Source of the DNA: an uncultured Anaerolineales bacterium
GTDB taxonomy: Bacteria > Chloroflexota > Anaerolineae > B4-G1 > SLSP01
Reading direction: 5' to 3'
NCBI GenBank assembly: GCA_964385885.1
Contig: CAYLRT010000010.1
Span: forward strand, 1-43,251
DNA length: 43,251 nucleotides
Positions 27,085 to 34,443 of this stretch are shown piece by piece (the first letter of the stretch is position 1; each line of letters starts with the position of its first letter). Made by a program: the position numbers and the translations under genes. The notes beneath the pieces were generated by a model that saw only the letters and a program-made list of their open reading frames with translations, did no database searches and was not told the origin of the DNA.

Positions 27085-27369
27085 TTACCCTCTGGGTAGA
27101 TGATATGCCACCATTAACACAACAACCGCCAGTACCCATCCCACGGCGATGGAGGTGAGCGCCACGTCTCTGCAGACGACCAGCAAGGCGATGCCCCGCA
27201 AGACGAGCAGCACTGCCGCAGCCAGCAACAGCGAGAGGCCGCGCCGGGTCCTGTCCGTGAGCCCCTCGACCGCGTCCCGCAGGCAGGTCCAATCCGCGCG
27301 GCTGAGCCATACGACCAGGAGGGCCACGACCAGGGCCACCACGATCCACCATAACAGCAACCAGCCCAT
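27085..27369 (-). CDS. Hypothetical 94-aa membrane protein with three TM helices
   Basis: ATG 27369 (MGWLLLWWIVV...) lies behind GGAGGA. It has three hydrophobic helices and ends 23 nt upstream of the UppS paralogue. Confidence 0.55.
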   Translation of the reverse strand: MGWLLLWWIVVALVVALLVVWLSRADWTCLRDAVEGLTDRTRRGLSLLLAAAVLLVLRGIALLVVCRDVALTSIAVGWVLAVVVLMVAYHLPRG

Positions 27370-27695
27370 TTGCCTGTCCTCCTCTTCCCCCATTGGCGGG
27401 TGCCGGTGCCCGGCGCGTCGCCTGTCCACTTGGCACTTCACCGGATCCTAAGTTTCAGCCAGCTTGAGACGGAAAGGACACAACCGGGTCGCAAGGAGGA
27501 CGAGCACCCATAGCACCAGCACACCCGTCTCCCATTCCCCACCTATTTATCCCGGCGCGGGAGCGGTCGGCGACGGTGAAGACGCATACTGTGTGGTATG
27601 ACTCGCCGTCTGCAGCGCCTACCAGCGGCGCCACGGAGATAACCACACCTCACTCTATCGCGGAACCAATCCGTAGTGATAGCAATGCGCGCTGG

Positions 27696-28010
27696 CTATA
27701 GCTCCTCTTCGTCCGACATCTGCCCGGAATCGAAGTCGGCAAATGCCCCCAGGATGTCCACGTCGCTCAGCGGAAAGTGGCGGGCAATCACAGGGAGCAA
27801 GTCGTTCATCAACGTAGCACGCTCCTGCCGTGCCAACCCCTGCAAGGCCATACCCAGGTACTGCTCCACCAAGCGACTCAGGAAGGCTACCCGCTCCTCA
27901 ACAGGCAGACGGACGATCCATTCCCGCATCGCCTCGCCAGCCAGATCGAGTGCGTCCTGGGGGCTCAGGCGGCGGACAAACTGCCGCGCCAGCGCGGCCT
28001 TCAGGTTCAT
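27696..28010 (-). CDS. Hypothetical helical protein with an acidic C-terminal tail (...DFDSGQMSDEEEL)
   Basis: ATG 28010 (MNLKAALARQF...) is preceded by GAGGTG. GTG 28109 is an alternative start. I do not recognise a family. Confidence 0.5.
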   Translation of the reverse strand: MNLKAALARQFVRRLSPQDALDLAGEAMREWIVRLPVEERVAFLSRLVEQYLGMALQGLARQERATLMNDLLPVIARHFPLSDVDILGAFADFDSGQMSDEEEL

Positions 28011-28148
28011 CTCTTCACCTCGATCATCGCGTTTCTCCTGCTTCGGAATATCGTTGAGCGCGGCATCTCTTACCCGGTGGGGCAGGGCAGCGCCTGTTTG
28101 GTCCGGCACACACAGGCGCTCCCCGCCCTCCCGTCCCCTGTGACGCGA

Positions 28149-28469
28149 TCAGTCTGCTTGCTTGGTCGTCCTCTTCCTGCCTGCCAGTTCCTCAACCCGG
28201 GCTGCCAGCTCGTCTATTTTGCGGTTCAATTCCTCGATATCCTGGCGAGACACCGGGATCATACGGTCGAGTTCCTGACGCATAAGCTTGCGCAGTTCCT
28301 CCTGCTCCTCCTCACCGCGCGCCACCAGACGATCGACCACGCTCGGGGCCTCTTCCGGCCTGACCTCTCCTTCCTCGACCAGTCTATCTACGAACCGGGT
28401 CACCTTATCGCGTGTCAGGTTGAACACACCGAGACCCAGCAGCATGCTTCTTTCTATCCACTTACCCAT
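28149..28469 (-). CDS. Phasin-family / PHA-granule-associated-like coiled-coil protein
   Basis: Contains LLGLGVFNLTRDKVTRFVDRLVEEGEV and a C-terminal heptad region (DIEELNRKIDELAARVEELA). GGAGGTG lies upstream. Confidence 0.65.
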   Translation of the reverse strand: MGKWIERSMLLGLGVFNLTRDKVTRFVDRLVEEGEVRPEEAPSVVDRLVARGEEEQEELRKLMRQELDRMIPVSRQDIEELNRKIDELAARVEELAGRKRTTKQAD

Positions 28470-28545
28470 TCTTACACCTCCACCTCAAACTCGTAAGGCC
28501 AACTCGATTTCCTTCAGACACTTCCGCCATCACTTAAGGTGTGCC

Positions 28546-29817
28546 TCACCTCCCTTCTTCCACGGGGTAGGATACTCCCTTACCCCACGCATCTCGGGCA
28601 CTTGCCATCCAGACGCCAAGAACGACTAAGGCCAGCAGTGAGAAGACCCACCGGAAGCCAAGCAAGTCCGCCAGGCCACCCATCAGAGGTAGGGGCAATG
28701 TGGAGACGGTGCTGCTCAGCAACAACTGAGTGGAGATCACCCGCCCGCGCATCTCGTCCGGCGAGCGCTCCTGCACCACCGTCCGGGCTGGGATGATGAT
28801 CAGCGCGAACGAGGTCCCCAGCCCCAGCGAAAGTAGCAGGAATAGCAGGATGTATGGGCCCTCCAGGGCTCGGAGGGCAGGCAGCAGCGCCAGCCCCCCG
28901 CCCAGGAGCAGCAGGCCGATACTGACCCATACCTCCTCCTTCAGACGGCGTCCACTCCATCCGATCAGCCACACACCGAGACCGAAGCCCAGGCCGCCGG
29001 GCACCGCCAGGTAGGCGACGTGATCCACCCGGACACCCCAGACACGGGCTGCCAGCCCAGGCACGAGCGTCGTCAGCGCGAGGGAGAGAGCGGACGCGAG
29101 CACAAGGCAGCCAATGGCGCAGCGTACCGGTGGGCTGTCGGCCACAAACCGCCACCCCGTCCGCAGGTCGTCGCAGAACGACCCCCACGTGCGGGACACT
29201 CCTGGATCGCTCCTCTCGCTCAGCCGGGCTGGCAGGCGTGCACACATCCAGGCGGATATCCCGAAGAGAGGAATGGCTCCCAGCCCGGCTGCCGGTACAC
29301 CGCCCAGGTGCAGCAGCAGCGGGGCGACGACCAGGGTTCCGACCCCCATAGCCCCCAGGCTCGCCACCTGGAAGATCGAATTGGCTGCCAGAAGCCGCTC
29401 CGACGGCACGAGATGGGGGAAGATGGCCCCTTCCGCCGAGGTGGTGAACTGAGATGTGGCTGAAAGGAGGAAGTTGCCGGCGTACACCGCGCTCAAGAGC
29501 AACGAGACGCTGTCCAGCCAGTGTGTGGCAGCCGCGAAACCGGCGGCGATGAGCAGGCGCAGCAAGTTGCTGACCACCAGGACACGGCGTCGATCGTACC
29601 GGTCCACTACCACCCCGGCCAACATCCCGAACACAACGCCCGGGAGGGTAGAAGAAAAGATCATCAATCCCATCTGAGCGCTGGAGTGTGTCCTTTCCTC
29701 GACCAACGTCATCGAGGCAAGGTACACGGCATAGGTCGCCGTCAGCGCTGTGAACTGAGCCACGCTGATGCGGCGCAGGAGCATGTTCCTGGCAATGGAG
29801 AGAGTGCGGCTGTCCAT
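28546..29817 (-). CDS. MFS transporter
   Basis: Roughly 12 predicted TM helices, with the motif GMLAGVVVDRYDRRRVL after TM2. ATG 29817 lies behind GGAGG. Confidence 0.85.
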   Translation of the reverse strand: MDSRTLSIARNMLLRRISVAQFTALTATYAVYLASMTLVEERTHSSAQMGLMIFSSTLPGVVFGMLAGVVVDRYDRRRVLVVSNLLRLLIAAGFAAATHWLDSVSLLLSAVYAGNFLLSATSQFTTSAEGAIFPHLVPSERLLAANSIFQVASLGAMGVGTLVVAPLLLHLGGVPAAGLGAIPLFGISAWMCARLPARLSERSDPGVSRTWGSFCDDLRTGWRFVADSPPVRCAIGCLVLASALSLALTTLVPGLAARVWGVRVDHVAYLAVPGGLGFGLGVWLIGWSGRRLKEEVWVSIGLLLLGGGLALLPALRALEGPYILLFLLLSLGLGTSFALIIIPARTVVQERSPDEMRGRVISTQLLLSSTVSTLPLPLMGGLADLLGFRWVFSLLALVVLGVWMASARDAWGKGVSYPVEEGR

Positions 29818-29880
29818 CCTCAGACCTCCACGCCTGTGTGGGTCCAAGGGATGGCAAGCTCTTGCGCCAATGCGTTTGGG

Positions 29881-31368
29881 TCAGGGCGTTTCTTGGCCAT
29901 TGCCCCCCAGGTATTCCTGTCTCCAGATGGGATCCAACATCCGCGCAAGCGCCTCATCGTATGCGGTCATTCCCCTGCGGTAGACGGGGTCCATCATCGC
30001 CTGCAACGCGGCCTTGTCCTCCGGGTCTGGCTCGGTTGTCTCCAGGATGCGCCGAAAATCGGCGTGATGGTCGCGGATGATACAGGGCATTAGCCAGTTC
30101 CCCGTTTCCTCTGGCTTGTCTGCCGTGAAACCGTAGCCATGTTGCCACTCGCGGATGGCGCGGAAGAACGGCTCCTCCAGGACGTCATTCAACGTTCCAC
30201 CCCGCCGGTAAACCTCGTTGATGTTGACGGGTGAGTAAGGGACGAAGACACAAGGCATCACTTTCCCATTCCAGTCGATGTAGAGGTAACCACCCTGGCG
30301 CCCAGCCGAGATGCACCCATCCGAACAGGTACCCAGGTTCCAAAAGTCAGGCAGGAAGTACTTTCTTTCGCGCACCACCTGCCAGGTCCGTCGCCACATC
30401 CAGAGCCTCTGCTCCGGTGTGGGGAGCAGGTCGAGCGTGAAGCCTCGCCCGATGGGCATGTATTGGAAGATCCAACCGTAGACAGCCCCCTGCTCCTCGA
30501 AGAAGAAGTCCAAGAACTCGTCGGAGAGGATCTCCTCGCAGTTCTCACGCGTGGCGGTGAGGGAGATACCGAAGGGCACGCCGACCTGGCGCAGGTTGGC
30601 CATAGCCTTGAGGACACGCTGGAAGACGCCTTTGCCACGCCGGGCGTCGGTGCGCTCTTCCCATCCCTCTACCGAGATAGCCGGGGTCAGGTTGCCGACT
30701 TCCGCCATACGAGCGGCCATCTGCTCATCGATCAGTGTGCCGTTGGTGTACATCAGGAAGAAGGCGTCCTGATGCTCGGCCGCCGCATCCAGCACGCCCT
30801 TGCCGTGCGACTGGTAAGCCAGCGGCTCGCCGCCGGAGATGACGATGAAGCCGGCCCCCCACAACGTCTGGGCCTCGGTGATGATGCGATCAAAGACCTC
30901 CCAATCCAGTTTCTCACTGTCGTTGCCGGAACTGGCATAGCACCCCTTGCAGCGCAGGTTGCAGAGTTTGCCCGGTGAGATGGTCAGGAAGCCAGGCGGG
31001 CCATAACCTCCATGCTCCAGACGAAAGCGCTCGAGCGCGGCACTACGCTCCTCACGCAGGAAAGCGTTCACGACCAGGCCACGCAGGAGCCCGCGCACGA
31101 CGGCATCGGAGACGTGACCTCGGGCCAGCGCACGGTCGACGGAATGCACCATTGCCTGTACAATGTATGCCTTGTCCTGAGTGACGCGCGGCGGGCGACG
31201 CCCGTTGGCTTGCTGGGGTTCCTCCAGGCGCTGGCTGATGCGCCGGTCGACGTAGTTCACCAGCATACGCCGGACCGGCTCGTGGCGCACCGCGGCAGCG
31301 GTGACGTTGGCGAATGTCCTCGTCTGCCCGATAGATGCGGCCGTGTGAACGATATTTTCCAGTTTCAT
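29881..31368 (-). CDS. Radical SAM enzyme, 495 aa, with a long N-terminal extension and one auxiliary Cys cluster
   Basis: Contains CNLRCKGC (30940-30963), ISGGEPL, and C-terminal Cys residues C-x3-C...C...C (30082-30327). ATG 31368 lies 6 nt after GGGAGGTG. Confidence 0.9.
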   Translation of the reverse strand: MKLENIVHTAASIGQTRTFANVTAAAVRHEPVRRMLVNYVDRRISQRLEEPQQANGRRPPRVTQDKAYIVQAMVHSVDRALARGHVSDAVVRGLLRGLVVNAFLREERSAALERFRLEHGGYGPPGFLTISPGKLCNLRCKGCYASSGNDSEKLDWEVFDRIITEAQTLWGAGFIVISGGEPLAYQSHGKGVLDAAAEHQDAFFLMYTNGTLIDEQMAARMAEVGNLTPAISVEGWEERTDARRGKGVFQRVLKAMANLRQVGVPFGISLTATRENCEEILSDEFLDFFFEEQGAVYGWIFQYMPIGRGFTLDLLPTPEQRLWMWRRTWQVVRERKYFLPDFWNLGTCSDGCISAGRQGGYLYIDWNGKVMPCVFVPYSPVNINEVYRRGGTLNDVLEEPFFRAIREWQHGYGFTADKPEETGNWLMPCIIRDHHADFRRILETTEPDPEDKAALQAMMDPVYRRGMTAYDEALARMLDPIWRQEYLGGNGQETP

Positions 31369-31396
31369 GATTTTCACCTCCCATTTGCTCTCAGCA

Positions 31397-32137
31397 TCAT
31401 CGGATGTCCGTCATCGGCAGTAGGGGCGGACGTCGCAGCAGAAATCGGCTCGCCGCATTGGCGGCCGAACGGGCGACCACACGGTGCCATCCTTCGCCGG
31501 CACGCCGTGGTGAGGCGTAGACAACGAGGTCGCGGTCGAAGCGCACCGGCGCGATGCGGCTCACCCGCAGCGAGAGATCGGTATCTTCACCGGAGTACCA
31601 GTCCACCGGGAAGCCACCAGCCTCCCAGAACACGCTTCCACGCACGGCGAAGTTGCTCCCCCACCAGAGACTGCGCCGGACACGGTTACTGGCCCAGAGG
31701 ATCCAAGTGACTGGGTGGCGCAGCCAGAACCGTTCGATCGGCCGCCCGTCAGACCAGTAGACCGGACCGTAGACCGCCCCCAGCGTGGGGTCGGCCTGGA
31801 AGTGGGCAGCGATGCGGGCCAACCAGAATGGCGGCACGATGGTATCGGCATCAGTGGAGGCGATGACTTCCCCTCGCGCTGCCTCGAAGCCGGCCTGGCG
31901 GGCCCGGGCCACGCCCTTTCGTGGCTCGATCACTACCCGAGCCCCGCGCCGACGTGCAATCTCTGCCGTTCGATCGGTCGATCCGTTGTCCACGACGATG
32001 ATCTCGGACAGGTCGGCTGGGTACGTCTGGCGGGCCAGAGCCGCCAAACAACGGCCCAGGTACTTCTCCTCATTGTACGCCGGGATGACCACGGAGATGT
32101 TGATCTTTCCCGGGGATCCAGACACAGTTCGCTTCAT
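31397..32137 (-). CDS. GT2 glycosyltransferase (soluble, 246 aa)
   Basis: Contains ISVVIPAYNEEKYL, VVDNGSTDRT, STDADT and a GEDTDL-like motif. GGGAGGTGG lies upstream. The start forms an ATGA overlap with the DegV stop codon. Confidence 0.85.
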   Translation of the reverse strand: MKRTVSGSPGKINISVVIPAYNEEKYLGRCLAALARQTYPADLSEIIVVDNGSTDRTAEIARRRGARVVIEPRKGVARARQAGFEAARGEVIASTDADTIVPPFWLARIAAHFQADPTLGAVYGPVYWSDGRPIERFWLRHPVTWILWASNRVRRSLWWGSNFAVRGSVFWEAGGFPVDWYSGEDTDLSLRVSRIAPVRFDRDLVVYASPRRAGEGWHRVVARSAANAASRFLLRRPPLLPMTDIR

Positions 32138-33012
32138 GGCAACAAGCCACCTCCCTCTGCCGCATACAAAGCCACACCAACCGTGCCAGGACCAATGTGC
32201 GTGGCGATGGAGGGACTGAACTCGACAACGGACAACTCTCGGCAATCAAAGTGATCAGCCAGATAGTGGCGAATGCGCTGCGCTTCCCCGAGGGCCTGGG
32301 CGTGGACGATGGCGGCATGAATCGGACGCCCCTCCGCACGCTCCGCCACAATCTCCAGCATCCGCTGCTTCGCACGGCGGGCGGTACGTGCCTTCTCCAG
32401 GACGTCGATGCGCCCATCGCGGAAGTAGAGGATTGGCTTGATCTTGAGAATCGACCCTACCAAGGCAGCGGCTCCGCCGATCCGCCCGCCCTTGAATAGG
32501 TACTCCAGCGTGTCCACAACGAAAACGGTCAACAAGCGCGAGGCGAGACTTTCAATCGTTTGGGCCACCTGGGCAGCCGTCTGGCCTTCTGCGATGGCCT
32601 GCGTGGCAGCGGAGACCAGGAGCACCAGGCCACAGGACGTAATGCGCGAATCCACCACGTAGATCTGCGGCGGATCTTGCATCTCACTCAGGAGGGCCTG
32701 GCGTGCGGTGAGCGCGGAGGTGACTGTCCCGCTGATGCCCGAAGAGATGTGGATGGAAATGATGCTGTCCGCCTCCTGGCTAAGACGGCGATACAGTTGC
32801 AGAAAGTTGCCTGCTGAGGGCTGCGACGTCGTAGGGAGCGTGGGGGCCGACTCCAAAAGCCGATAGAAGATGTCCGTATCCAGGTCCACTCCGTCCCGGA
32901 ATGTCCTTTCGCCGAAGTGGACGTAAAGGGGAACGATGTGCACGCCGTGCTGCCGAGCCCACTCTGACGGCAGGTAGGCCGTGCTATCGGTGACCAGCGC
33001 GATCTTAGACAT
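32134..33012 (-). CDS. DegV-family fatty-acid-binding protein (FakB-like)
   Basis: Contains IALVTDSTAYLP, TTSQPS and the typical DegV length and layout. GAGGAG lies upstream. Confidence 0.92.
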   Translation of the reverse strand: MSKIALVTDSTAYLPSEWARQHGVHIVPLYVHFGERTFRDGVDLDTDIFYRLLESAPTLPTTSQPSAGNFLQLYRRLSQEADSIISIHISSGISGTVTSALTARQALLSEMQDPPQIYVVDSRITSCGLVLLVSAATQAIAEGQTAAQVAQTIESLASRLLTVFVVDTLEYLFKGGRIGGAAALVGSILKIKPILYFRDGRIDVLEKARTARRAKQRMLEIVAERAEGRPIHAAIVHAQALGEAQRIRHYLADHFDCRELSVVEFSPSIATHIGPGTVGVALYAAEGGGLLP

Positions 33013-33076
33013 AGGATCTCCTCATGAGAAATACGATAGAAACAAGAAAAACGAAAAAATTAGGCAAAGAAAAGAT

Positions 33077-33781
33077 TCAGGCCTCAAGGACCCGCATCAC
33101 CTCCCGGGTAAAATCGGACAATCGCCGCAAGTTCTCTGGACTCAGGCGGGAAAACAGTTGCTGATAGCGGCCCACCTGGGAGAGCAACAGGTTGACCAAC
33201 CGTCGATTGGCGCGCTCGGCGAAGGACAGGCCCACCGCTAACCCTCCCAAAGCAGCTAGCCCGGCCTCTTCTGGGAGTCCTAGAGAGCGCAATCTGTCGC
33301 TCAGGCCGAATGCGGAGGCATCCTCTCGCAACTGCTGCAGGCTGAGGATGATGGCAGTGACCATCTCTGCGGCGTACAATAGCGGTGACTGGCGTTCCGG
33401 CAGGCGGGCCAGGAGATCCTTGAGCAGCTCCTGGTAATCCCCCCCTTTCCCTGCCTCCAGGTCCTCTAGGATCCGCGCCTTGACTACCTTCCACTGTGCC
33501 AGATCACTCGCTCCGCTGGCCAGTTCAGCGAATAAGGCGCGCGCCTTAGGTGTAGGGCGGAAGACAATGCTCGAACGTCCGGCACCCCGTCCCTTTCCCC
33601 GCAGGACGTATTCGGACTGTACCAGTCCTTGCTCCTCCAGGAGCCGCAGCATGTCGTAAGCGGTGATCTTGCTGACCCCCAGTCGTTCTGCAACAGCGGT
33701 GTAATGCAGGGGCTCTCTGGCCTCCTGGTACAGGTCCAAGAATTGACTCAAGAATGCCTTCTGCCGCCCGGTCAGCTTCAT
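33077..33781 (-). CDS. Transcriptional regulator with a DtxR-like winged-HTH N-domain and an unrecognised helical C-domain without metal ligands
   Basis: LTGRQKAFLSQFLDLY...YTAVAERLGVSKITAYDMLRLLEEQGLV matches the DtxR/MntR HTH pattern. The C-terminal 150 aa contain no His or Cys. Confidence 0.7.
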   Translation of the reverse strand: MKLTGRQKAFLSQFLDLYQEAREPLHYTAVAERLGVSKITAYDMLRLLEEQGLVQSEYVLRGKGRGAGRSSIVFRPTPKARALFAELASGASDLAQWKVVKARILEDLEAGKGGDYQELLKDLLARLPERQSPLLYAAEMVTAIILSLQQLREDASAFGLSDRLRSLGLPEEAGLAALGGLAVGLSFAERANRRLVNLLLSQVGRYQQLFSRLSPENLRRLSDFTREVMRVLEA

Positions 33782-33819
33782 ATTTCCCCCCAGATTTCGG
33801 CTCTGAAAAAGACAAATAT

Positions 33820-33848
33820 ATTATACCGTGAATTCCCCATTGTGTCAA
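33820..33848 (-). promoter_or_regulatory. Full-consensus sigma-70 promoter TTGACA-N17-TATAAT driving the wHTH-DegV-GT2-rSAM-MFS genes
   Basis: TATAAT is the complement of 33820-33825 and TTGACA is the complement of 33843-33848, with an exact 17-nt spacer. The spacer contains the near-palindrome GTGAATTCCC. Confidence 0.6.
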
Positions 33849-33940
33849 ACCTACAGGCGCATCCCCTCCCCCGCTCAGACGCTTCTCCATTGGACCAAAG
33901 ACACTGAGGGACAAGAGTGGCTCCCCCAAAGGGCCATAGG

Positions 33941-33946
33941 TATAAT
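33941..33946 (+). promoter_or_regulatory. TATAAT box 6 nt upstream of the metallopeptidase ATG (leaderless candidate)
   Basis: Exact TATAAT. ATG 33953 has no SD. Confidence 0.35.
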
Positions 33947-33952
33947 GAGCTC

Positions 33953-34330
33953 ATGACAGTCGATGAAGCACGTGCCCGTTTCGAACGCATAGTCGAGGAG
34001 GCCATCCGCGCGCTGCCCGACGCGTTCCTGGAGAAACTCGACAACGTCGATATCGTCGTCGAGGATTGGCCCGACCCTGCCACCCTACGCAGGGCCGGGG
34101 TGCAACGCCCCTCAGACCTCCTGGGATTCTACCAGGGCGTGCCACAGACCCGACGCACACGCGCCTACAGCCTCGTCTTGCCCGACAAAATCAGCATCTA
34201 CCGCTTCCCCATCGAGATGCGGGCACGGGACAGCCAACACCTCCATGCTCTGATCCTTCAGGTCATCAAGCACGAGATCGCCCATCACTTTGGTATCGAC
34301 GATGCCAGGCTTCACGAGCTTGGGCTGTGA
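33953..34330 (+). CDS. Small zincin-like metallopeptidase family protein (DUF1025-type)
   Basis: Contains VVEDWP...LGFYQG... and the HExxH motif in VIKHEIAHHFG. Confidence 0.8.
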   Translation: MTVDEARARFERIVEEAIRALPDAFLEKLDNVDIVVEDWPDPATLRRAGVQRPSDLLGFYQGVPQTRRTRAYSLVLPDKISIYRFPIEMRARDSQHLHALILQVIKHEIAHHFGIDDARLHELGL

Positions 34331-34366
34331 CCTGGAATGGATACCCAGCATACGGCACCAACCAGC

Positions 34367-34393
34367 AACGCCCCCGGATCCTCCGGGGGCGTT
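34367..34393. terminator. Bidirectional terminator-like hairpin between convergent genes
   Basis: AACGCCCCCGGA, a 3-nt loop (tcc), then TCCGGGGGCGTT: a 12-bp perfect stem. Confidence 0.5.
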
Positions 34394-34443
34394 GTCAGCA
34401 CATGTGACAGCTCAGGGCACATCTTTGGGATCCCGCGTACCGG

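Noticed and set aside
27062-27436. N-terminal 125-aa extension of the 366-aa ORF (26336-27436), which would make a giant UppS fusion
   Set aside because: The extension is Gly/Arg/Ala-rich, a typical out-of-frame artefact of GC-rich DNA. It overlaps the better-supported 3-TM miniprotein in another frame. The UppS homology starts exactly at the internal ATG 27061.
27455-27646. 63-aa three-Cys ORF as a RiPP precursor for the radical SAM enzyme
   Set aside because: It lies 2.2 kb and four genes away from the rSAM gene. Its start context is poor, its codon bias is inconsistent, and it has no leader/core-like organisation. It is kept only as a question in the finding on the 27370-27695 gap.
28580-29857. 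425-aa alternative-frame ORF over the MFS gene, plus similar long shadow ORFs (5324-5992, 6245-7192, 7636-8430, 15240-15800, 27777-28496, 34660-35841, 36677-37432)
   Set aside because: All overlap genes with clear family motifs. Their products are Arg/Pro/Gly-rich with no recognisable domains, as expected for stop-poor frames in GC-rich DNA.
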